A stretch of 64,000 bases of DNA. Origin: Zygnema circumcarinatum SAG 698-1b (taxonomy: Eukaryota > Plantae > Zygnematophyceae). A model generated the notes under the pieces. It was not told the DNA's origin. It saw nothing but the letters and a program-made list of their open reading frames with translations, and ran no database searches. Of the stretch, positions 37,527 to 48,350 are shown piece after piece (position 1 is the stretch's first letter; every line of letters begins with the position of its first letter). Location: NCBI GenBank assembly GCA_037447605.1, contig CM074820.1, forward strand, positions 1,612,001-1,676,000. Reading direction: 5' to 3'. Both the position numbers and the translations under genes were made by a program.

Positions 37527-39572
37527 ATGGCGGGGCATACGCAGCTGCATGGAAGCAGAAGGAGAATCGAATCTTTCTCTCTTTGCCACACCCTAACCCT
37601 CCTCTCCCTCCTCTCCCTCACCTCCTACCTCACGTGTGCGGCAGCCATGGCCGCCAGCTCAAGCCCGACCGCCTTCGAGCTCGTCCTCTCCGTCAGAGAG
37701 AGCCCTCCCTCCCCTCCCACCATCCGCCATTGGACTCAAGTGGAGAAGATTAAGAGAGAGAGAGAGAGGGAGAGGGAGAGGGAGAGGGAGGCTCAACAGA
37801 AGGACAGCCCCATTCAAGGGGGCACTCCTCTCCCGGACCCCCTGAAGCGCCTACGTGGCCTCCCCTCAGAGGAGCCACGTGGCAGGAGGCGATTGTCCGG
37901 CGAGGGCGGACGGAACTACGGCCTCGTGGCGCCGACTCTGACGGCGGAGCCGAGCAGGGCGAGTGTGAACGCGAGCTACCGCTGGGAGAGCCACGTGGCG
38001 GTGCCGGATTGGGTCGACTGGCGAACCACGGGGGCGAGGACACGTGTACACGACCAGCAGGGGGTGAGTGGAGGGAGGGAGGGAGGGAGGGCGGGAGAGG
38101 GGCTGGGAGGGAGAGGGGCTGGGAGGGAGGGGGGGTGGGAGGGAGAGCGAATGGGAGAGTAGGGGGACGGGAGGGAGAAAAATCCCTAAAACCCTAAAAA
38201 CCCTTGCACGCAAGGATGTAGTCCTCTCATTTTCTTACTTTCTCCATCACCAGAACTTCAGAAATTTTAAGAAAAGAAAAAAAAAAATCAAGACCCTAAC
38301 CGTTACCGCACTACGCTGTCGTCCCTTTCCCCAAATTCAGTTACTTAACTATACCCCATTTGTAACCAAGCCTTCCAAAGCCTTACAAAGAATGCCTTTC
38401 CCCCTTGTACCCCTTTATTAACCCTTCCGTTCCAACCAACTTTTTCCTTCCCTGCAGTGCAACAGCTGCTGGGTCCTCTCCACTGCTGACGCCATCACGA
38501 TGATGTCACTCATCAACTTCGGCTATGGACTGCAAAGAACCAACGGAACTGTCCCCCCCAACGGAACTGTCCTCAGCAAAACTGTCCCCGGCAACGGCAA
38601 CGGGAGCGGGAACGGAAACGGAAACGGAACTGCCAACAGCAGCAAGGAGCCTCAGTTCGGCGGCGAGGGGTGGCTGGACGCGTCCCCGCAGGAGATCTGC
38701 GACTGCGGGCTGAGGGCCTCCTGCTGCGAGGGCGGCTGGCCGGAGGCGGCGCTGGATTACGTGTACACGACGGGGGGGGTGTCCACGTGGCAGGACTACC
38801 CCTACGTGGCGGCCAACCAGCAGTGCAAGGCCGCCGACATACGACAAACCGAACTCACGGTATGTGGGGTGGGGGCAGTTTTTTTGGGTGGGTTTGATTT
38901 TTTGAGGAATGAAGTGTTTGGGGGAGGAAGGAGTGAGTGAGGAGGAACATGTGTTCAATTTTTCAGTTGGGTTAACGTTACTATTTTTTGGTGGGGGAAA
39001 AGCAGATTTCGGGGTGGGAGGCGGTGCCGGCCCGGAACGTGCACGCGATGAAGCAGGCGGTCGCCAATGGGCCTGTCATTGCCTTCATGAACGCCGACTC
39101 CCTTTTGGTGCGTCTCTTTCTCTCACTCTCTCTCTCTCTCTGTCTGTCCCTTTTGGGACCCCCCTGTATCCTCCCTCTCCCACTCCATCTCCCTCCCATG
39201 GACGCTTGCTGAAATACACCGCGCCCCTACTTTCTGCTTGCAGGATTACTCGGGCGGCTTTTTCGACGGTCCCTGTGGGACCCACCTGAACCACGTGGTG
39301 CTCATAGTGGGGTACGGAGTGTGCCCTGTGAACGGACCGTACTGGATCGTTAAGAACACATGGGGGGCGCACTGGGGCGACGACGGACACATCTACCTCA
39401 AGGCCACTGAGGGGGAGGGGGCCTGCGGCATCACTAGGTGAGTCTGGGGGAGAGGGAGTGAGAGAGAGAGAGAGAGAGGGGAAGAGGGAGAGGGACAAGG
39501 TCGACAAGGTCAAGATGGTGGGAAAGTGGACAAATGAGCGAGATATTGACACGTATCTAACTCTCCCTTCTC

Positions 39573-39614
<42 letters not shown>

Positions 39615-42091
39615 GCAGCATCCAGAGTCTGTTCCCGGTTCGCTACCCTCCGGAGAACCCCTGCAGCGCTCTCCCCAACCCTTGCGGGGCGGGCCAGTGC
39701 TTCCTTCAAACGAGAGAGGACGGGCAGGCGGTCGGCCGCTGCTCCTGCCCTCCCGGCTTCGTGGAAAGCCCCCACACAAACCCTGCCAAGTGCGTGCGCG
39801 CTGAACCCTGCTCGCAAAACCCCAACCCTTGCGGGGCGGGCTCGTGCGGAAACCTCGCCGACGGAAACTACTTCTGCGCCTGCGATGAGGTGAGTTCGGA
39901 TGTGGGCCAAGAATTTGGGCTCTAGGGCATGGCATGTCGGTTAGGTCGATGTTGTGATGTTGTTATGGTAGGTGATTTCTTGAAGGGTTTGAATGTCATG
40001 AAATGTGACTAAATTTTGTGCAATTTTTTTTGGGGTTCAGGGTCACATCATCGGCGCTAGAGCCGACGGAGCGCCAACATGTGTCGGGGGATTTGGTGAC
40101 GGAGCGCAGACGTATACAGTCACCCCTGGTGACACGTGTCAGGTGAATACAACAGAGAAAAGGGAAACAGAGTGATGGGGTAATTGAAGAAGGGTCCTTT
40201 TGGCTTCTTTCTAATTTCTCTTGACTTACTAACCCTCTTCCCTCTCGTTCTCTCTTTCTTTCTCTCTCTCTCTCTCTTTGCAGGTGATTGCAGACAAATG
40301 GGGCACCACAACGGAGCTCTTCCGTGAGCTCAATGATTGGGTCAACTGCTCTAAGCCTCTCCCAATTGGTAAGCTCAAATCAACCTCTCCCTCCTTCTCT
40401 CTCTCCCCACTTCCTGCTTCTTGTTTCCTTTTCATTTCCAGTCAATCCGTATCTTCCAAGCCATAAACCAATCTCTGACTTCTGCCTCTCGCTTTCCATG
40501 GGACAGGTGTCGCTGTCGTAGTGGCCGATCTCGGAACTGCAACGGCGTGTCGATGGAACTACATAGTTCAAACCAACGACACGTGTTCGAGCATCGCAAC
40601 GGAACGGGCCGTGAGCATGGAACAGCTCCTCGCCTCCAACCCCCCCATCAACTGCTCCTCCCCCCTCCTTGCGGGGACCGAGATCTGCCTCGAACCGGGC
40701 GCCCTCTCCGACGAGGAGCCTCCCCAATGCGCCAAACTGCACGCCGTGACAGAGGGTGACACGTGCGACATCGTCAAGGAAAAATTCGGAATATCGCACG
40801 AAAACTTTCTCAGGTGAATACAACAGAGGCTATGTGAAGGGGGAGATGGGGGGATGATGATGGCATGGCAGGAAGTTTTTTTTGACGCATGACGTCATGT
40901 TTTTGGTGATGGTTGGCATCGCTGACGGTTGTTTGTCTGGGGCGGTTTTTTGCTGACGTCAGGTTGAATCCCGGCTTGAGCTGCGGCGGGCAGCTTCCAC
41001 CCGCACTCAGCGTCTGCACCGGCACGGTGAGCCTCTCTCTCTCTCGATAAACTAGCCAATTAAGCATCTTTACTTTTTTTTTTTAAAACATGTCAATTTT
41101 CTTTTGATAGAGAAGAACGTGAAATTCAAGAAGCCTCAAATTAACGTTTTTTTCCCCCTTTTTTCCCTTGTTATCGTGTGTTTTTCCAGAGCGCCGGCGA
41201 GCCCCCCTCCTCCAGCCACTGCACGCGGTGGTACCGCGTGAAGCAGGGCGACAAGTGCCCCATGCTCTGGGCCGCCGCCAACGTCACCGTGACAGAGTTC
41301 ACCAGGATGAACCCCGGCGTCAGAGTACGCTCGAAAACCCCATATAGCCCCATTCTCAGTTTTTAGTTCCCAGTTGCAGTTCCAGTTCCCGTTTCCAGGT
41401 TGCCAGTTCACGTTCTCACCAATTGCATGTCGCCACGTGTCTGCAGTGCTTCGCTCCCTACTGGCGCGTCGGCCAGATGGTCTGCCTCGCCGACATCCTC
41501 ACCGAGCAGCCCATGGGCCCCGAGATTCTGTCGTACACCGTATCTGCCGGAGATACGCTCTACACGATCTCAGATATCATGTCGGATCTCTGCGGACCAA
41601 TCGCATCCCCGAGCGCCCTCTCTCTCCTCAACTCCGTATCCCCAGATTCTCTCCTCTCCCCAGACCGTACGATCAAGATCCCCTGCAACGACGCCCCCGG
41701 CAGATCCTGCGGCTGCAAAGCCGACAAAGCCGTCTTCGGCGACGACGGCGTATGGTACTCCTCCCAATGCGACGCCCAATGCAACTACGCGCTGCCCACG
41801 TCCACGTCCTCCAACATTTGCAAACTTGCGTGCAAGAAAAGGACGGGCCTAGCGCCCGCCGACACTGTGAACGCGTCCAAGACGCCCAAGTCGTGCAGCG
41901 CGCCGTGCCCGTTCCCTGTATGGGCGCCGTTTCCGTTCCCGGGATGGACGGCGGCGCAGAAGTGCAAGTACTATGTGGAGGCATGCACGGCATGGTGCTC
42001 GGACGCGGCCACAACAATAGGGGGGAACACGTCCACGTGGACCAAGAATGTGAACAACTGCGTGTTCGCGTGCAAGAAGGGGAAGTGCTGA
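37527..42091 (+). CDS. Secreted papain-family (C1A) cysteine protease fused to 2 EGF-like, 5 LysM, a Kazal-like and a Cys-rich C-terminal domain; join(37527..38063,38458..38859,39006..39107,39244..39437,39619..39889,40041..40142,40284..40368,40507..40813,40963..41026,41190..41324,41447..42091)
   Basis: All 11 exons join in frame via GT-AG. Signal-like [33 protein letters not shown]|CNSCW (oxyanion Gln and catalytic Cys), [18 protein letters not shown] (His), YWIVKNTWG (Asn). EGF-like [15 protein letters not shown] and [16 protein letters not shown]. LysM starts [45 protein letters not shown]. Kazal-like [25 protein letters not shown]. Confidence 0.93.
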
Positions 42092-43604
42092 GAGAGGGAG
42101 AGTGGAGAGTGGAGTGGGAGAGGGAGAGGGAGAGGAGAGGGGTGCGGCAGGAACACGATTCGGGAGATGGTCGTTTTGGAGGGGAAAATGGGGAATTTGA
42201 TGTGTTGAGGATGCGGATCGGATCGGATCGGATCAAGTGCGAGATACGGCTGGGAGATCTGCCCTGGATTTGGGGCTGAGATTCTCAAGTGGGATTCTCA
42301 TGATCGAGGTCTCAAGAGCCACCAATTATTATTTTTTTGATGGAAAATTCGGCGCATGTATGGGCCAAGAACAGCACCACCACCACCACCACCACCACCG
42401 CCATCGATCCCAGGACTTGCCACGTGGCGCTATCCAGGCCGTCCAGTCGATGACCTTCCTTCGACAACTTCCGCTATATGCAGTTTTGGCCACAATATGT
42501 CGAGAGATTATTTCCTCTCGAGTTTATGGTTCGGATCCGACCCGGTCCTCTCTGACGATGGGAGCCATGGCTTGCCACGTGCGAGGATGCAATAACGAGA
42601 TATGTGTGCAGGGCCTGCAGGGGGAAGGCTCTGCATGCGCTGATTTTGGCTGATTAAGCTTTAGACTATTAAATTTTTATATAACACTGTACATGACTTA
42701 GCTGAAATGACAAGCGCGCGCAGCATCGTAGATGAGGTCGAGCATGCATGCGTGGAGGTGTATGATAGCACAAGGATTAGGGTTAGGGGTTAAGGGTTTT
42801 AGGGCTCCCGATTAGTAACTCTTCATTGCTTTAGTTGGCTCTCGCTCGCTCGCACCTCGACCTTTAGAGTGACTATTTGTGCCTGTCTTGAATATGAGCT
42901 GCAAGCGCGCCTATTATTTATAGGCCGCTGCGCTCACTGCACTGTACATGGAGGAAGAAAAATGTATGTAGCATAGGAGCAGGGTCTGCGCAGGACCAAG
43001 CGGATGCAATGCTTATTTATTTACGATTTAATTCTTAAATTTGGTGCCCCTTGGTAGGGCTTTTGAATGAAGAGAACTCTGTCGTTCCCAGACTCTGCAT
43101 GTATGCCTAAAATGATTATGCTTATTTTAAGGTGGTTTGTGATTACTCGTTTCTTGACTCTCCGGTAACAAATTAGGGCTATGTTTGCTTTTGCAGCAGG
43201 GTCGTAGGTTGAGACTTAGCATCGTCTTGTTGTTTTATTCCTGCAGATGTGTGACTACCTGGTAATGGGGACACTTAGGGAGGTGTTGCAGTTATGAGGA
43301 TATGCTGGCCATACAAAGGGCGATGATTACATGCAGAGAAAAACAAAAAAAGGAGTGGGCCCTGCGGAGGAAGGAAAACAAGTGCGAGAAATTGAGAATG
43401 AGGGGCGAGTAAGGGAGCGGAGGGAGAGGGGGAGGAGGGAGGGGGAGGGAGGAGATGGAGAGGGAGTTGGGAAGGGCGAGGTGCGGTGTGATGGAGTAGG
43501 ATGGAGAGAATCAGAGGGCAAGTAAAGATGAATGCAGATGGTAGAATAAGTAGGTGGTGGAAAGAGGGAGGGAGAAGGTTAGGAAGTTAACAGAACAAAA
43601 CAAA

Positions 43605-43610
43605 TATAAA
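43605..43610 (+). promoter_or_regulatory. TATA-like box ~30 nt upstream of the 5S gene
   Basis: TATAAA at -31..-26; plant 5S genes have a TATA-like element near -28. Confidence 0.55.
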
Positions 43611-43635
43611 TATTAACCGAGTGATTGGCTTGACG

Positions 43636-43754
43636 TGGTGCGATCATACCTAGGCTACTACGCCGGATCCCATCACGACTCCGCAGCTAAGCGCCTGTGG
43701 GCCGGAATAGTATTGGGATGGGAAACCTCGCAGGAAGTCCCGGTGTCGAACCTT
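43636..43754 (+). rRNA. 5S rRNA gene (single copy in this window)
   Basis: tggtgcgatcatacctaggctactacgccggatcccatcacgactccgcagctaagcgcctgtgggccggaatagtattgggatgggaaacctcgcaggaagtcccggtgtcgaacc matches the plant/bryophyte 5S consensus, with box A (AGCTAAGC), intermediate element and box C (GGATGGG..ACC); 119 nt. Confidence 0.92.
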
Positions 43755-43763
43755 TAACTTTTT
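43753..43763 (+). terminator. Pol III T-run terminator of the 5S gene
   Basis: tttaacttttt directly after the 3' end. Confidence 0.7.
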
Positions 43764-44083
43764 GTCGTTTTGTGTTTTCGTTGTTCCCTCGATTTCGGAT
43801 GCACCAAAAGTTACGCAAAATCCGTGAAGCAAATTTTTTGGCGGGCGGCAGACACGGGCAGGGCGAACACTTGACTTTGTCCACGTGGCGAGCGCTGATT
43901 GGAGTTGAGGAATATGCGGAATCCGACGTGGCGTTTTTTTTTTTTTTTTTTTTTGCTGAGCAACTTTCGCATGAGAACCATGCGAAATGTTGAACAACCA
44001 ACCCACGCTAGCCTCCTTGGGGCCCGCCCGCCCAGGCAGGCCGAAGCGTGGACCCAACCTTTGTACTCTCTGGGTTTTTGATT

Positions 44084-44228
44084 GGGAAATGCTACTTACA
44101 CACCTTTTTAGTCTAAATGCACACCTTTTTTCGCCGGTCAGATTTTATTTTAGTGTTTTTATGGTATAAGGGTTTTTTTTTAAAGTGGTGTGTATCTTGT
44201 CTGAAAAGGTGTGTAAATAGTGATTCCC
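44084..44228. mobile_element. ~145-bp MITE, copy 1
   Basis: Imperfect TIRs gggaaatgctacttacacaccttttt ... aaaaggtgtgtaaatagtgattccc; a homologous copy lies at ~54344..54487. Confidence 0.75.
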
Positions 44229-45673
44229 TCCTGATTTTCGCCCAACAGCGCGCGGATCAGCAAGGTTTATAGGGTGCTACATTTCGAGTCCCCATGACTA
44301 AACATTGTACTTTTGGTTATTCATTAGTCACCGCTGACTAGTCAATGATCCTGGCCAAACTCGCACGTGTGAGAAGCCGTGCGCTCGGATGCCACGTGGC
44401 GCCCACGGATTGCCCACTGACTCGACTTAAACTCGAACCTGACCAGAACTGTAAGCGAAAACGCTCGAAATGTGGCTAAAGCTTGTCACGTGTTCCTCAC
44501 CCTAAAACCCTAAACCCCCCCCCCCCTCCTATTGAAAAATCGTTCTCGTATGTCAAAAGCGTTTCTGGGGGGGCCCAGCCCCCCCTCAGGTCTTGAAAAG
44601 CTGTTCGGATCTAAAAGTTGAATAGCATAAATACACACACTCGAATTTCAGACATTTTTTCGGACATTTCCCCCCTTCACTAAGATCATGAACCCGCCCC
44701 CGGGACGCACATGCATGCATCACATCACATGCATGTGCGTCCCTGAAATGGTCAACGCGCGGTCAACGCATGCATGCGTTCGTATACAAACCTGGTTTCT
44801 TGAAATCTTTTCATGCACCGTAAAGGACAGTGCTTCTCCCATGGCGGCGGATCTCCCCCCATGCGATGTTGATGCATGGCCATAGCTCCACATCACATGA
44901 TGCCCAACACATCAGCTCCGCCACAAGAGAGCGACCTTTTGTTAATAGACGGTTCGTGCAAACAACCCTTAGTTGATTTCTATACAATTATTCACGCACC
45001 AAGGCGGTTAACAAAAGTCAGCACTGCTCTATTATGTCCTATACATTTTCTCCCAGCTATATATCAACACCGTACGTCGCATAATGGTAGAATCGTGCCA
45101 CTATTTCTCACAATAAGAGCTCCCTCTTGAGAGGGTTTGTTCTAAAAAAAATAAGCTAAGCTGCCTCTATTTTACTTCTTTGAAACAATTTCCATGTCTC
45201 TGTGGTCAGCTGCGCCCTGACAAACAGTCACCTGACAATAGCTTCCGTTACCGTGACGTTATGTCACGCCGCTACAGCCCTTCGTTATCGGCGAGTAACG
45301 TTTCTATGGCGAGTTTGGACTTTATTGTCAGAAGGCCAATTGTCAAAGCACAGGTGAAACCACTTAGAGAGACATGGAACTGCTACAACCCACGGAATTC
45401 AGTAAACTAAATGCAGCTAGCTGGTCGATTTGAATTAAATTAACTTAAAAATGCTTGCGAATCTGAACCACCGGTCGATCTTGTTCTTCTTATTGTTGTA
45501 CCCACCCCAAAGTACGCCCCAATTTCGCAGTTGTAACCCAAGAAAGGCCGCGATTTCGAGCGATTTCTGTCGATCTTCAGCATGCGAAAGTTTTCGCCTG
45601 AACAACCACCTCGACATTCTTATGAAACTTGAAAGTGGGTAAAGTTGAGGGGGAGGCTCATGGCGAGGCTCGC

Positions 45674-46497
45674 TCAGGATTCGTCGAGCGCGAGGTCCTT
45701 GCTGAGGTGGAGGGCGTCCAGGCGCTGCTGCGCCATCAGGACCTGTCCGAATGCCGCCTGAATGCGCCGCCGGGCGGCGTCCATGCACTGCTCGCTGCAG
45801 GCCGCCTTCACGGCTGCACCACCACCATGGAAACGCAAAAATCCGTTAATTAGTTTCAGTTTCACGTCCTCTTCATCTCACTCTCTCTTCCCCTCTCTCT
45901 CTCACTCTCTCTCTCTCTCTCTCTCCCTCTCTCTCTTTCCACTCAACTTATTGACCTCTCACTATNNNNNNNNNNCCCCCCCCCCCCCCCGCCCCACTCT
46001 CTCTCTCCTTCATCCCTCTCTGCGACTCTTCTTCGTTCTCTCACACTCCTTCTGCCTGCCCATGTTACGATCAGTGATGAGTAACGGAACCAGAAACGGT
46101 AACTAAAACTATTCCATGTGAATACCTTCACAGATGTCGGAGCCCTCCAGCTGGAACTCCTCTTCATAAGGAGAGAGCTCCCGCCCCGCCGCCGCCTTTC
46201 CTTCTTCTTTGATCGCACGTGCGAAATCTCCAACCATCCGATCTTTACAAGAAACTGTCGCCCATTACAAAAAAAAATAAAAACCAATGTCAGTTTCCAA
46301 TACATTTTCCTCCCCTCCCTCCTTTCCCTGAAAGCCAGATAAATAAAAATTTGAAATGAGGCATAGAAGGGTTCCTTCCGACCTGCTCGCTCCGCCCGCC
46401 CGCCGTCCGCCGCCAGCCATGACTGGCCCTGAAGGAGTCCGTACATCCGTTTCGCTGCGGCAAGCTTCCGTAATTTGAGTGAAGACAGTATGGCCAT
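45674..46497 (-). CDS. Small unassigned 3-exon protein (~125 aa); exons ~46497..46383, ~46256..46130, ~45813..45674
   Basis: MAILSSLKLRKLAAAKRMYGLLQGQSWLAADGGRAERA|VSCKDRMVGDFARAIKEEG..SPYEEEFQLEGSDICE|AVKAACSEQCMDAARRRIQAAFGQVLMAQQRLDALHLSKDLALDES*. Frame is conserved across two GT-AG introns. Confidence 0.6.
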
Positions 46498-48350
46498 GGC
46501 TTCCTTTTCTTTCAACTCTTTCTCTCTCTCCCTCTCTCTCTGTCCCTCTCCTATCCTCTCTTCTCTCTCTGTCCCTATCCTCTCTCCTCTCCTCTCTCTC
46601 TCTCTCTCTGTCCCTCTTCTCTCTTCTTCTGTCTGTGTCTCTCTCTCCTTCCCCTCTCCCTCTATTATCGTACAATGAGATGTACACGAACCTCCGCTCT
46701 GAGGGACGTCGAGTGACGTGACATGCCATGACGTGACACGACGTGAGTCACGTGACTCGAGGCCGGGTCCGCGGCAGTCGTCGGAGGGGCGCTGACCAGC
46801 TCGGCGCTGGGATCTTTCGTACAATATTTTGTCGAGATCCAGTGGCCGCAGTGATGACATCAAATGATAGGAAGCGGTTGGAACGACGTACAGAAGCTAC
46901 TAATCGTACGAATCGTACAGAATGTACGATGCATGTACTAGATTATTGTCGGCATCTGCAGGGAATCCAAGATCGCTAGGTGCATGCGACAATTTTTTTG
47001 AAGGAACCGAATGGGCGCGTGGCACGTCAGCAATAGATGGATTCTTTGACGTCATCAAGCTGATTCAAATCTCAATATCTCGATTTTCAATTCGTATCTG
47101 ATTTTGTGGATGACGCATACGACAAAAATTTCATACCTTGTTAAAAACTTAATGCGACAATGGAATGGCGTCATCTAATCCGTCGTGTTCTTTCGAAACA
47201 ACCCGTTCGTCAAAAATTTACCGCCACGGCAAATCCGCTGAGTCGAGCCGGATGACCCGGAGGAAGTCAGCGGATTTCATTCGTACATTTTTTTTTCAAA
47301 TTTCGTCGGTTGGACTACCATTGGTCGCCACGTGGCAACGTCTGAGTCTCGGTTCCGATTCTGTACGTCAGAACGAATCTAAATCTTCTTTGTGACTGGT
47401 TGAATAAAAATCCCAAAATTCTGCTTGCTGATCTGTACTTCTGCCACGTCATTAATTTTGTCGTGATGCTCACTGGCCGAATCTCCAAAAACTGCCCAAA
47501 GATTCTGCAGAGGACGCCACGTGGCTGCTGGAGGTGGCATCCGTACGGCCTTAATATTTGGAGCTAAGTGGGGGCGGCCGTTACCGAGCGCCGTCGTCAG
47601 GAACAATTTTTGCTGCTGGCGGGGCCGCCCGGCGGTCGGAATGGCGGCCAGGTGCAGTGCACCGCGCGGCGGTCAGGAAAATTTTATTCAATGGAATCTG
47701 CTGGGAACTCGCTGTAAAAAAATTGCTGCCGTTTCCATGTTTAGTTACTCATGATGACAGTTGAACGGTAGCCATGGAACAGCTGTTCTTGCAACTAACT
47801 TATGAAATTGGATACATGGAAGCGCTGTTAATACATTGGAACGCAACTGGATGCATGGGACGGGCTTGCGGAACTGTCGCTGTATGTGACCGCGCCCCTG
47901 AACGGAACTGAGCGCGGGAGGTCGCAGAGAAACCCTAACCCTAATGTCGCTTAAGATGGCTTCACATAGAGAGCCCTAATTCTGTACTACACGAATGGAG
48001 CGCAATCGAGGTAAAATCTAAAATTTGAAGCTCCAAATTCTTTTGTCAACATTTACGCTATGAAAATGCCAGCTATAACCACGTTTGTTTTTCATTCGGA
48101 AATGCGGTTTTTGGTTTGAAACTTTGTTGGTTTTTTTTTTTTTTGTCGAAGTTTAGGGTGTAGGGTTTTCGATAAGGGGCAGGCCTTCCTAAACCCTTAT
48201 TTGAAGGGTTATTTTTTTCATTTTAAGTTTTTTGCGGTTTAGAGAATTTCAAGGACTGAGACGATTTTTTTACGCCCTTTTTCCAGTAATTTTCTGTAAT
48301 CTAAGCTTTATTTTGTGTGTTTTTTCATCGTTTTCCTGTTTATTTCAGCG

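Noticed and set aside
42091-47900. tRNA or snRNA genes near the 5S gene
   Set aside because: No cloverleaf or T-loop (GTTCRA) context and no U-snRNA signature seen by eye; a covariance-model scan would be needed to exclude them.
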